Origin: Flectonema sp. DT1601
Lineage: Eukaryota
Assembly (NCBI GenBank): GCA_964019425.1
Contig: OZ025796.1
Coordinates: 682,001 to 746,000 of the forward strand
Direction: 5' to 3'
Length of the DNA stretch: 64,000 bases
The position numbers and the translations under genes are program-made. Of the stretch, positions 32,456 to 44,620 are shown in pieces. Under the pieces are notes generated by a model. It had not been told where the DNA came from and did no database searches. It saw only the letters and a list, made by a program, of their open reading frames with translations. Within the stretch, counting starts at the first letter, position 1; each line of letters begins with the position of its first letter.

Positions 32456-35338
32456 TTTATGGTGCAACTCTTACGGCTGTTCAACATGACTTGGGAAAAG
32501 TCGGCAGTTCCGAGATCTTGGAAGTATGGGATAGTAGTTCCAATCTTAAAATCGGGAAAAGACAAGAAACGTGTACTCTCTTACCGACCAATAACATTGA
32601 CGTCAGCAATAAGCAAGTTGTTTGAGAAGATGATGGCAGAAAGGATGCATCATTTACTTGGGGACAGAATGAGTGCGCGGCAAGCCGCATATAAAAGAGG
32701 GCGCAGTGCCGTAGAAAATCTCTGCATGATAACAGAGAGACTACTAGATGGAAGGTACCGAGGTAGGGAATCGATGTTAATGACGTTTGACCTGCAGAAG
32801 GCATTCGATGCCGTCCAACCGAAAATTCTACTGAAGAGGATGTCTGAAGTTGGGATACCGGCGAAATACACAAGATGGGTCCAGAGCTATTTGACTGGGA
32901 GAAAGATCACAACCAGAGTAAACGGCGAAAAGGGAACATTCAAACACATACAAGTTGGAGTACCCCAAGGAAGTGTCCTAGGACCACAGCTATTCTCGAT
33001 ATACATCGAAAGCCTTATACGAGAATTGAATAGTTATAAACCAGCAGTCTTTGCAGATGATGTTGGGCTCGTGATGACATCTCCAGATGTTAAAGGACTG
33101 GAGGACAAAGCTAACACAGCAGTACGCATCTTCTCAAATTGGGCCGCAGCATCCCACATTTGTATAAACAAGAGCCCGGGTAAAACAGAGTTCATACATG
33201 TGAGGCCGGATACCGATAGCCAAGAAAATAAGTCTCCACAAGTACTATACCCGGAGGGGCACACCTTCAAATATGTCGTCACAACAGCAGAGGCCATCCG
33301 AAAAATGCTAAATAATCAGGACTCAACTACTATAGGCAATTCTAAAAAGGCGATAACACATTTCTATGTGGTTCCGCAGCATAAAATAAAACGAAAATTA
33401 CCGACGACAGAAACTGTATTGGTAGACATGCAGATGGAACCTAGTAAATGCTCACAACTGCAAAAGGTTCGCACCAGAGGAGACATCCTGAGGATGCTAC
33501 AAGGAACTGGACCTGGTCTCAAGGCTTTTGCATTTTCGGTGGTGGACAAACTACATGAAACGGATGTAGTTAGATACTTGGGAGTTCTGTACGACAAAAA
33601 CCTCGACTTCAAAACTCACATGCGAAAGATGATGACGGCGGCCTCCAGAGGACTGGGGCTCCTGCTAAGACTCTCCAGGATGGGATGCAGGAAGAGAACC
33701 CTCATCTGTGTTCTGGTGACCGTTGTAATGGCGAGAGTGCTCTATGGGGTTGAAAGTTTTGCCTGGCTGCTGCCAAAGAGAGGTGACGTCAGTCTTGAGA
33801 GGCTAAACATCTTAATAAACAGAGCCGCTAGACAGGTAACGGGATGTCTGCCAAGCACTAGACTGAGGAACTTGTACCATGAAGCAGATATGCCGAAATT
33901 ACAAGAACACATACGCTACAAGATGTGTAGGGCCTATGAAGAATTCAAATTAAGTCCCCACCTACCAGCTTGTAGCCTCACAATGACGGAGGGAGGCCTA
34001 AACTACCCACCAAAAACAGCTTGGGGTCGCATAGTTTGGGATGAATATGTGTCGGGGATCCCGGGACTCGACAAACACAGAAGCTCGTATCACTCGGAAA
34101 TCAATCCAAAGCACTATAAGATGCGATCATGGAAGGTAACTAATGCAATGGAATTCAACTACTGTTTTGGAAAAGAAGAGGCAAAAGACAAAGAAGCCGG
34201 TCTACCAATTGAAGACGTGAAGGTGTACACAGATGGGTCTATTAGACATAGGACGAAGACGTACATGACCAAGTCAGGAGCATCTGTGATAATAGTGAAG
34301 GGTAAGGAAGTTAGCATGACCGGATTCAGAATACCTGTAGCAGGAAGCTCCTACAGAACTGAACAGATAGCCGTGGAACAAGCGATGAGGATACTCCTGA
34401 AAAACAAAAAGGCATCCGAAGGAATACTTCCCACAACAAAGACGCATATTCTAACTGACTCAATGTCGCTAATACAGGCACTTGAGCGAGGACCTGAAGA
34501 ACAGAAATCTGCTACAAACGCATCAATCTGGAAGTTAGCACTGAAACTGGAACACAGAGGTGTTAATATTAATATGCAGTATGTCCCGGCACATATGGAT
34601 GTGCTGTATAATGAAATAGCAGACACACGCTGCAGGTACGATAAAGAAACCTCCAGATGACAGTGTGGTACTCGAGAGTTTAGTTACTAGACTGGATATG
34701 GGAACCCTTATGACTTTTCACAAGAGAAGAAAACGAGAGGAGTGGATTGGAGCCGGCGAACAGAGGCATCCACCTTTTATAGAAGAACTGACGAGACCAC
34801 AAGAAGTCCTAATGTCCCGCTTCAGAGTTGGACACTGTAGATCTCTTAAACTAAAAGGAATAAACGAGCAGTGCATCTTCTGTCATGGAGATACTGCAAC
34901 ACCGCATCATGTGCTTTTCAAGTGCAACCACTGGTGTATCCAAAAGATGAGATCATTGTACATACACAGCATGATTAATACCGAAACTGGTGAAGTAGTG
35001 AGTAAAGTAGTGGACTGCTTCTTAAAGGAGAATCAACGCAGCATGTCCAACTTTGTAGTGGTACTGGACCAAATAGCTGAAATGCTCGGAAGACCTGGAA
35101 ATCCATAATTTAAAGATGCGGTTCTTAGACCAAATGAGGAAGTAAACTGAACTCTTTAGTAATTGATAAAGAAAGAAAACAAAGAAGATACGAAGCCTAC
35201 GGGAACCCCCCATCCCATCCCCAATCCCCACAAAAAGAAAGTGTACAGAAGAAAGAAAGAACAACCGCGCCTAACAGCGCAAACAGCAAAGCAGGTCGAA
35301 GGAACCTGCTGTGCACACAAAAAAAAAAAAAAAAAAAA
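32456..35338 (+). mobile_element. LINE-A' (diverged sister family of A), 5'-truncated, frameshift near 34625
   Basis: ORFs 32459-34660 and 34665-35108 align with LINE-A ORF2; shared 3' UTR blocks; poly(A). Confidence 0.92.
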
Positions 35339-35515
35339 ATGGCTGGTAAGAAAGCAATGCGTCCGCAAGATAGAAGGGCAGCGGAAAGGAGAGAAAGAGA
35401 AAGGAAAGAGGCGAAGATGATGAGGGAACAAGCCAGAAATGAGATCCGGGAAGAAGAAGAGGGGTCTCAGCAGGAGATAGAGTCCCAGCAACAGGAAGAA
35501 ATGGAGATGGACTCT
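35339..35515 (+). pseudogene. LINE-A-type ORF1 5' fragment directly after the A' poly(A)
   Basis: MAGKKAMRPQDRRAAERRERERKEAK...EEMEMDS. Confidence 0.85.
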
Positions 35516-36006
35516 CATGGGACGAAGCGACTGCGGAGTACGTGGCAGCGCTGCTAGGGCTCAACGCGATCAGGGAGAGATCGCAACTGCTGGGGGGTGA
35601 GACACAGATCGAGGTGGTCACACCGCAGCAGGGGTGGGGAGTCGAGCAGCAGGAGGCGCTGAAGTTGGTAGCCCTCCCATCGGTGATAGAACACCAGGTG
35701 ACGGAAAGCCCACGAGGGGTGGAGAACCTGGCCCTCTGGGAAGCGGAGTCGGCGGCGTGGGACGAGCCGGTGGAGCTCTCGGAGGACGGGCTCGACTACC
35801 TGGTGATCGAGCTGGAGATGAATCTGGGGCTGTCCCATTTGAGGGGAAAGACGGCGGAACCGGATGAATCCCAGTCGCTCCCGGGAGGGTCGACGGCGTC
35901 AGGCGAAGACAGACCACGAGTCGAAGCGCCAGCCCAGGAGGAAGCGCGGACGACGGACGCACAAGGAGCGGAAGCAGAAGGGCTAACCTGTGTGACCTGG
36001 GGCTAG
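35516..36006 (+). other. GC-rich coding-like fragment, possibly the C-terminus of another retroelement
   Basis: Abrupt GC rise; open frame containing AEYVAALLGL, reminiscent of an RNase H helix. Confidence 0.3.
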
Positions 36007-36267
36007 GCCTGACTGTGCCCCTGGATCGGCATAGCTCGGTATAGGGATGGACGAATTTCGGGTAGAGACACTTGTCCCGACTTGTCAGCTCATACAATCA
36101 TGAGAGTTCAGAGTGTATTAAAATACTAGAGGTGCATCACAAGCGACAAGAGAAATCCAGCATCATGAATCTTTAGAAGAGTGATACAGCTCGGTATGTG
36201 TGCAGGGCCGGGTTACCTACGCAGAGACAAGTCTCCGCTACACGTCGTACCAACCAAGATGAGGTAT

Positions 36268-36640
36268 GAGACGGTAGTGTAGTGGACTACCGTGGCTGTA
36301 ACGGGTAACGGGGAATTAGGGTTCGATTCCGGAGAGGGAGCCTGAGAAACGGCTACCACATCTAAGGATGGCAGCAGGCGCGCAAATTGCCCAATAGCAA
36401 CAAATTTAGCTGAGGCAGCGAAGAGGAATAGTAACTTCAAGTGCTTTTGCATTCTGAAGATTGCAATGGATGATATTTAAATCTGTCAGTGAGTATCAAT
36501 TGGTGGACAAGTCTGGTGCCAGCACCCGCGGTAATTCCAGCACCAATAGCGTATATTAATGCTGCTGCTGTTAAAAAGCTCGTAGTTGGATCCAGAGTAC
36601 AAGTTACATCGGGCTTCCTCAGTTGTAGCTCCCGTACTGG
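36268..36640 (+). rRNA. 18S rRNA gene fragment (pseudogene)
   Basis: GGGTTCGATTCCGGAGAGGGAGCCTGAGAAACGGCTACCACATCTAAGG; GTGCCAGCACCCGCGGTAATTCCAGC; TTAAAAAGCTCGTAGTTGGAT. The 3' limit inside V4 is uncertain. Confidence 0.93.
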
Positions 36641-37864
36641 GGGTTATGATTGTTGAAGCGCAAAAACCAAGTATACATGATCAGCGGCCTAGGGCTTGAC
36701 ATGAATAGCTGTGGAGTGGCGAAACCATTTAGTGTTCTCAAGTCTGAGATCACCTCACTTGAGCCACACAGTACTGTCCTTTCGGAGTTTCTGTGAAAGT
36801 AGCCCACGGAACACTTTTCTAAAGATTCAATCAGCCGAACTACTCCGCTACTGACTTTCACTTGATTAGCGAGCTACTAGTATATATTATTATGTCACCT
36901 GTTGAAAAGGGAGTACTAAGAGGTTGATTCAGGCCCTGCACGTATTAGTTGTAATTACAGCACCTGCCTTACCTTAAATTACTCCTTCCCTCGTTGAGAA
37001 CCAACCCATATCAGCCATCCCGGTGTATTTGGGAACGAAGAAAAACCTTGTTTTCTTACCGAACAGCGAAAAATCCAAATATCACTTTCGGTGAATAGCG
37101 AAAGAAAAACCTGTTCCGTTTACTGAACAGCGAAAATGAAATTACCTACTATAGCAATTTTACGCGGAAAAAAAAAAGTTGTTCACTAGCGAAAAATTTT
37201 TTTGGGTGCAGGCAACGGAGAAAAAAAAAAAAAAATTTCCTTTTGCTAATTTTTTTTTTTTTTTTTTTTTGTCCGTTTCGGAAACTTTCATGTTGAGATC
37301 GGACATTTCAGTAACATTTGCGTGGAATTAGAGGTTCTCCCTTTTATTTTTATTAACAACAACAGAGAAGCGAGGAGTTAAAGAAGCAAGAAGAAGGACC
37401 TCGAACTTCAACGACTCCAACTGCAACGTCAGCAGGAGGATGAAATGGAGAAGGGCAGGAATGAGCTCCAGAGTCTCAGGGACATGCTGGGTATGGAGTT
37501 TGAGGAACAGAAGACATCACTAAAAATCCAAGGGGATGATCTTCCTCTCACTTTTTGAGTAAACCCGGGTTGAACTTTCAGCCCAAAGCACTCTCGGAAC
37601 TTCGTGATGTAGAAGCTACCTTTGATTGCTGAAAGAACTGAAAGTTTGCCCAGCACCGCTTTGAAGCCCAAGTCCTTAACGAATTGAACTGTGTTCCAAG
37701 AGTCTTGGCCATTAGACCAAGATGGGTTTCTGATGAATAGATCTCTCTTCTCACGTTGTTGTATTCCAGAATTTCAGAATTTCTGAAGTTTGACACACGG
37801 ATCGCCATAGATGTGTGCATATCGCATTTTTTAAATCCGAAGCGATGTCTTCAGTTCCCACTTT

Positions 37865-37985
37865 TTAATTCTCAACATGTCTTTCGGATATCGGGCAGTT
37901 CTCAACCCGCCGGTCGCTGTCTGAGCATCACCCGTTTCATTGAAGGCTTCGCTTTCTCAGAGGCTTCCATCATCCTACCTACTCA
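37865..37985 (-). pseudogene. Degenerate LINE-B-related fragment
   Basis: Encodes AKPSMKRVMLRQ...GGLRTARYPKDMLR, matching the LINE-B C-terminus. Confidence 0.7.
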
Positions 37986-38069
37986 AGACCCTCGCTATCC
38001 TTGATTTGTGGGCGCTTTTTAGAACTTTTCCCTTCGTTCATGTCAATTCTTGTTTTACAGTTATAAAAC

Positions 38070-38573
38070 ATGGGTAAGCGTAGGTCCAGGAAAGCGCCAC
38101 CCAAAAAAGCGACTGTTAAGTTGCCAACGAGTTTTGACTGCCCATTTTGTAACCACGGCGGGACTGTTGTTGTAAAGTTAGGAAAAATTGCCCAGGTGGG
38201 GTGCTTGGAGTGTAGAATATGCGGAGTGAAAAGTGAAACGAGAATAACTCACTTAACCAAAGAGATTGATGTATACTGTGAATGGATGGACAGTTGTGCG
38301 GAAGCAAACAAGGATGACGAACATGGTCTTTCGGATCTTGAAGACGATGCTGAGGAACTGAAAAGACGGAAAGTCGTATGTGTTCCTAGTGATTACTACC
38401 TCTTTCGCTTAATGTTTAACAAAATAATCAATCAACAGGATGCCCCAGCAGCTATAGCAAGCTTTTTAGAAGAGGCGGGTTCGGAAGCTTCATACGGATA
38501 CGGAGGTTTAGTTGATTCCCCGGTATGTAACATACTTCATTGAACAGCTGCTTTTGTGTTTCTTTTTCAGTGA
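38070..38573 (+). CDS. ELF1: Transcription elongation factor Elf1 homolog; predicted introns 38376-38438 and 38523-38570
   Basis: MGKRRSRK..FDCPFCNH..CRIC..IDVYCEWMD; GTATG...CAG introns. The 3' end is uncertain. Confidence 0.9.
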
Positions 38574-38775
38574 TTCCTTAATACATATAGTAATACTTGG
38601 GATCAAGAAAAAAAAAAAAAACTCCAAAAAACAGGATGAGGATAATTAAAAGAGTCCCTTCCTAGCCTGTCTGTTACGTTCATTTGTAGTGTTAGCTATT
38701 TCACTTATTCTCGTGATATCTCGCTGAGATTCTTCTACTGTCACTTATTTGCGTCTATAGCTAAACCTTATAAAC

Positions 38776-40203
38776 ATGACTGACACCAAGAAGGATGCCA
38801 AGGACGGAGCCGAGCGTGCCGATGACAGAATTAACATCTCTGCCGCCAAGGACACCTTCTTCTACGTCGACCTTGCCAAGAAGCTCCTCAGCGATGCTGA
38901 CAAACCAGACGAGTTGGAATTGACTGGATTGGGATCATCAATCACCACTGTCGTGTCTGTAGCTGACATTCTGAGAGAGCAGGGTCTTGCCGCAGTCAGC
39001 AAGTTGGAGACTGGAATGAGTGGCCGTACCAACCACACCGCTAAGATCCAGTGCTGGGTGAAGAAGACTGAGGGATTCGATGAGATCTACAAGAAGCAGC
39101 TTGAGGAGAAGGCGGAGAAGCTGAAGGAGAGAGTGACTAACGCCAGAAACCAGGCGTTCGTATTCATCAAGCCGCATGCTGTCACTGACAAGGTGAAGGA
39201 CCTCGTGAAAGAGGGACTTGAGAGCAAGGGCATCAAGATCACCAAAGAAGGAAGCATCAAGGCCGAACAGATTGACAAGCGCAAGTACATCGATCAGCAC
39301 TACTACTCAATTGCCAGCAAGGCAACTATCTTGAAGCCAAAGGACCTGAACGTCCCAGCTGACAAGTTCAAGGAGAAGTTCGAAATCGGATGGGAAGAAG
39401 CCCTCGAGAAGGGTGTCGTCTTCAATGCGATGGACGCCTGCAAGAAGCTTGAGATTGACGCCGACGCGCTTGACACTGCCTGGGCTGCATGCAAGAAGGG
39501 AGGAAAATTGGTAAAGTTCGGTGGTGGATTCTACTGTGGTCTCGTTGAGATCGAAGGAAAGGATGCAATGTATGTATTTTTGATTTGGCTTTAAATGGTT
39601 TCTTCTTACAAGGGCTCTGGGAATTCGTTTCGCAGCAAGTGTTCCAATGATAACTGACCGTTGAGGTTCTGCGCAGGTCCTACTAAACAACACTACCACA
39701 GCTACGTGTTCAACGGATTCTTCATGTCGATGAGAAGCAAGTTCACCAAGCCAGGTCTCTCAATCCACTGGTACGCTGTTGAGTTCGAGCCTTCTGAGCT
39801 CTCATGGGAGGACTTCAGAGGAAAGTTGTTGGGACCTACCGACCCTGCTGATGCTCCAGCTGACTCCTTGAGAGGAAAGATCTTTTCCGACTGGGAGGCC
39901 CTTGGTCTTGAGGCTAAGCCAGACGTTGGTGACAACGGAGTCCACGCCTCAGCATCACCTTTTGAAGGACTTGCCGAGAGATCGAACTGGTTGAAGGAGA
40001 AGATTGAGAAGAACAACTTTGGTAAGTTGTTGATCGGAAGCGGTCTATCAAAGAAGATGATCCAGGCTTGGTCTGTTGACCCACAGGTGAAGTTCTCTGC
40101 TGATGATGCCACTAAGTCGATCTTCGACCAGTTGGAAGACCTCGACGCCCCTGCCTGTGTTGCCAAGTGTGTTGAAGTTGCTGACTTCAACAAGGAAGAA
40201 TAA
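38776..40203 (+). CDS. Alba domain + nucleoside diphosphate kinase-like fusion, copy 1 (intron 39570-39701; 431 aa)
   Basis: Alba: FFYVDLAKKLL..ELELTGLGSSITTVVSVADIL..AKIQ. NDK-like: AFVFIKPHA, GPTDP..SLRG, NGVHASAS. The GTATGT..CAG intron restores DAIYVFNGF in frame. Confidence 0.88.
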
Positions 40204-40993
40204 AAATATTTTTTCGGTTCAACACGAGTTGAAAACAAAAAAAGACTAAAGAGAAAAAAGAAAAGAACTTATGGGACAAATGAGGGAAAGCAAGAATTCG
40301 GGTACCTAATTTTTTAGTGTGCACGTGTTATCGCAAACGATCGCTCTAATTATTTAGTCTGATTTAATGAACTCTGTCATTGGCAAGTAAATAATAGAAG
40401 GGTACACAATCTAATCAGCCTTTTATTTTACAGGTGGCCAATATAACTAATCTGGAGGAGTTTTTAGGGACGGTCTTCGGGTGTGCATACCAAACTCGTA
40501 ATTTTGCCATCTTTGTTTTTTTGTAGGTTACGATTAACCATCATGACTCAGGACGTCGTACTCTGGACATGGTTCACCATCTTTCGGGTTCCAACAAATG
40601 TACTTTACCTCAAATCTTTCCGTACTTTTCCAATAGATCAGAACCGGGTTGGCTGTGCTGCTTACGCCCCGAGCCTTGCACGTGCTGGCTCCTTGGTCTG
40701 TGTTTCAGGAACCTAGTGCGACTGAATGCGAGACTTGGATAGCAACTTTTCCGCGGGATCGAAGTCTTTCACAAGCGCGCACTAATACGGAGCTTTGCTC
40801 TCGTATACATAATATTATATTCGGATTGATGAGGAGCATCGTTTCATACTGCAATTTCAGGCTTTCTCAGGTTGATTCAATCGCAAAAACAACATATTTT
40901 GCGTTTTTACGTTAGCTGCGCTGTTTTCTTTTCTGTTAATAAATCGATAAATCTCTTCCGTGTTTTTCAGTTCCTAAACACTTTTCCTACAAA

Positions 40994-42421
40994 ATGACTG
41001 ACACCAAGAAGGATGCCAAGGACGGAGCCGAGCGTGCCGATGACAGAATTAACATCTCTGCCGCCAAGGACACCTTCTTCTACGTCGACCTTGCCAAGAA
41101 GCTCCTCAGCGATGCTGACAAACCAGACGAGTTGGAATTGACTGGATTGGGATCATCAATCACCACTGTCGTGTCTGTAGCTGACATTCTGAGAGAGCAG
41201 GGTCTTGCCGCAGTCAGCAAGTTGGAGACTGGAATGAGTGGCCGTACCAACCACACCGCTAAGATCCAGTGCTGGGTGAAGAAGACTGAGGGATTCGATG
41301 AGATCTACAAGAAGCAGCTTGAGGAGAAGGCGGAGAAGCTGAAGGAGAGAGTGACTAACGCCAGAAACCAGGCGTTCGTATTCATCAAGCCGCATGCTGT
41401 CACTGACAAGGTGAAGGACCTCGTGAAAGAGGGACTTGAGAGCAAGGGCATCAAGATCACCAAAGAAGGAAGCATCAAGGCCGAACAGATTGACAAGCGC
41501 AAGTACATCGATCAGCACTACTACTCAATTGCCAGCAAGGCAACTATCTTGAAGCCAAAGGACCTGAACGTCCCAGCTGACAAGTTCAAGGAGAAGTTCG
41601 AAATCGGATGGGAAGAAGCCCTCGAGAAGGGTGTCGTCTTCAATGCGATGGACGCCTGCAAGAAGCTTGAGATTGACGCCGACGCGCTTGACACTGCCTG
41701 GGCTGCATGCAAGAAGGGAGGAAAATTGGTAAAGTTCGGTGGTGGATTCTACTGTGGTCTCGTTGAGATCGAAGGAAAGGATGCAATGTATGTATTTTTG
41801 ATTTGGCTTTAAATGGTTTCTTCTTACAAGGGCTCTGGGAATTCGTTTCGCAGCAAGTGTTCCAATGATAACTGACCGTTGAGGTTCTGCGCAGGTCCTA
41901 CTAAACAACACTACCACAGCTACGTGTTCAACGGATTCTTCATGTCGATGAGAAGCAAGTTCACCAAGCCAGGTCTCTCAATCCACTGGTACGCTGTTGA
42001 GTTCGAGCCTTCTGAGCTCTCATGGGAGGACTTCAGAGGAAAGTTGTTGGGACCTACCGACCCTGCTGATGCTCCAGCTGACTCCTTGAGAGGAAAGATC
42101 TTTTCCGACTGGGAGGCCCTTGGTCTTGAGGCTAAGCCAGACGTTGGTGACAACGGAGTCCACGCCTCAGCATCGCCTTTTGAAGGACTTGCCGAGAGAT
42201 CGAACTGGTTGAAGGAGAAGATTGAGAAGAACAACTTTGGTAAGTTGTTGATCGGAAGCGGTCTATCAAAGAAGATGATCCAGGCTTGGTCTGTTGACCC
42301 ACAGGTGAAGTTCTCTGCTGATGATGCCACTAAGTCGATCTTCGACCAGTTGGAAGACCTCGACGCCCCTGCCTGTGTTGCCAAGTGCGTTGAAGTTGCT
42401 GACTTCAACAAGGAAGAATAA
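40994..42421 (+). CDS. Alba-NDK-like fusion, copy 2 (intron 41788-41919)
   Basis: Same protein as copy 1. Confidence 0.88.
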
Positions 42422-42704
42422 AAGCAATCAAGAACACGTTAACTGACTTAATTTTTTGTTTTGCGGAATTTCCTTGTTTCATTAACTTGTACAACCAAGA
42501 TAAGTGCAGCACCAAACCGATTAGTTACCTGCAATCTATTCCGTTCCCCCTCCTCCCCTTTTTTTCTTCTTATTCTTTGGGCTTACAGCTCTTTTAGGGG
42601 TTTCTGGGTGATTAAGAGACAAAACTCTCAGTCGGGATGTTTATGTCTGCAAGTAAACTGTTTTTCTTTATCCACAATAGTAACTGCAAAACTAAGTATT
42701 TAAC

Positions 42705-44135
42705 ATGTCTGACGACAAGAAGGATACCAAGAAGGGAGGGGCTGAGCGTGCCGACGACAGAATTAACATTGCGGGAGGAAAAGACACCTTCTTCTACGTC
42801 GACCTTGCCAAGAAGCTCCTCAGCGATGCTGACAAACCAGACGAGTTGGAATTGACTGGATTGGGATCATCAATTACCTCCGTAGTTTCCGTTGCTGACA
42901 TTCTGAGGGAGCAGGGTCTTGCCGCAGTCAGCAAGTTGGAGACTGGAATGAGTGGCCGTACCAACCACACCGCTAAGATCCAGTGCTGGGTGAAGAAGAC
43001 TGAGGGATTCGATGAGATCTACAAGAAGCAGCTTGAGGAGAAGGCGGAGAAGCTGAAGGAGAGAGTGACTAACGCCAGAAACCAGGCGTTCGTATTCATC
43101 AAGCCGCATGCTGTCACTGACAAGGTGAAGGACCTCGTGAAAGAGGGACTTGAGAGCAAGGGCATCAAGATCACCAAAGAAGGAAGCATCAAGGCCGAAC
43201 AGATTGACAAGCGCAAGTACATCGATCAGCACTACTACTCAATTGCCAGCAAGGCAACTATCTTGAAGCCAAAGGACCTGAACGTCCCAGCTGACAAGTT
43301 CAAGGAGAAGTTCGAAATCGGATGGGAAGAAGCCCTCGAGAAGGGTGTCGTCTTCAATGCGATGGACGCCTGCAAGAAGCTTGAGATTGACGCCGACGCG
43401 CTTGACACTGCCTGGGCTGCATGCAAGAAGGGAGGAAAATTGGTAAAGTTCGGTGGTGGATTCTACTGTGGTCTCGTTGAGATCGAAGGAAAGGATGCAA
43501 TGTATGTATTTTTGATTTGGCTTTAAATGGTTTCTTCTTACAAGGGCTCTGGGAATTCGTTTCGCAGCAAGTGTTCCAATGATAACTGACCGTTGAGGTT
43601 CTGCGCAGGTCCTACTAAACAACACTACCACAGCTACGTGTTCAACGGATTCTTCATGTCGATGAGAAGCAAGTTCACCAAGCCAGGTCTCTCAATCCAC
43701 TGGTACGCTGTTGAGTTCGAGCCTTCTGAGCTCTCATGGGAGGACTTCAGAGGAAAGTTGTTGGGACCTACCGACCCTGCTGATGCTCCAGCTGACTCCT
43801 TGAGAGGAAAGATCTTTTCCGACTGGGAGGCCCTTGGTCTTGAGGCTAAGCCAGACGTTGGTGACAACGGAGTCCACGCCTCAGCATCACCTTTTGAAGG
43901 ACTTGCCGAGAGATCGAACTGGTTGAAGGAGAAGATTGAGAAGAACAACTTTGGTAAGTTGTTGATCGGAAGCGGTCTATCAAAGAAGATGATCCAGGCT
44001 TGGTCTGTTGACCCACAGGTGAAGTTCTCTGCTGATGATGCCACTAAGTCGATCTTCGACCAGTTGGAAGACCTCGACGCCCCTGCCTGTGTTGCCAAGT
44101 GCGTTGAAGTTGCTGACTTCAACAAGGAAGAATAA
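42705..44135 (+). CDS. Alba-NDK-like fusion, copy 3 (intron 43502-43633), variant N-terminus
   Basis: Amino-acid differences confined to the first ~65 codons. Confidence 0.88.
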
Positions 44136-44620
44136 AAACCCAAACCTGGTAATTAATTGGTAATTTTTTTTTTTTTTTTTTTTTTTTTGGGTTTCCTTGA
44201 AGTTATATATCGAACGCTCGACTCACCCACACGCCCAATCCACAAAGCAATGAACAATAACATTCTTATTCTTAAATACTCTATAATTTCATTTCCTACT
44301 TTGCAATTCTTAAAAGAAACGGAAGACGACGAAGATAGTAAGTTAGGGAAAATTACTGCCATGGGATGGTTTTGTTGTGGCGATCCTCTGCAGTTTTCTA
44401 ATCCTTTTTTCTTTGCGTTCACAGAGTCGAATAATGAAGTGTCGCAGTAAGGAAGACATGAGCAGCTGATGTCACAGTAACTTTGTGATATTTCACAAGG
44501 GCAAGATAGCGTTTTCTTTTTTTTTTTTTTTACCATACTTTATGATCAGAAAAGTTGATTGTAGTGCTCAAGTAGTATTTCATTGCTCAGCACTTCAGAA
44601 GAAATGTCGCTACTCAGGCA

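Noticed and set aside
39570..39594. Separate 272-aa and 180-aa genes; intron start reading YVF like the next exon
   Set aside because: A canonical intron joins them; the YVF echo is largely explained by the GTATGT donor consensus
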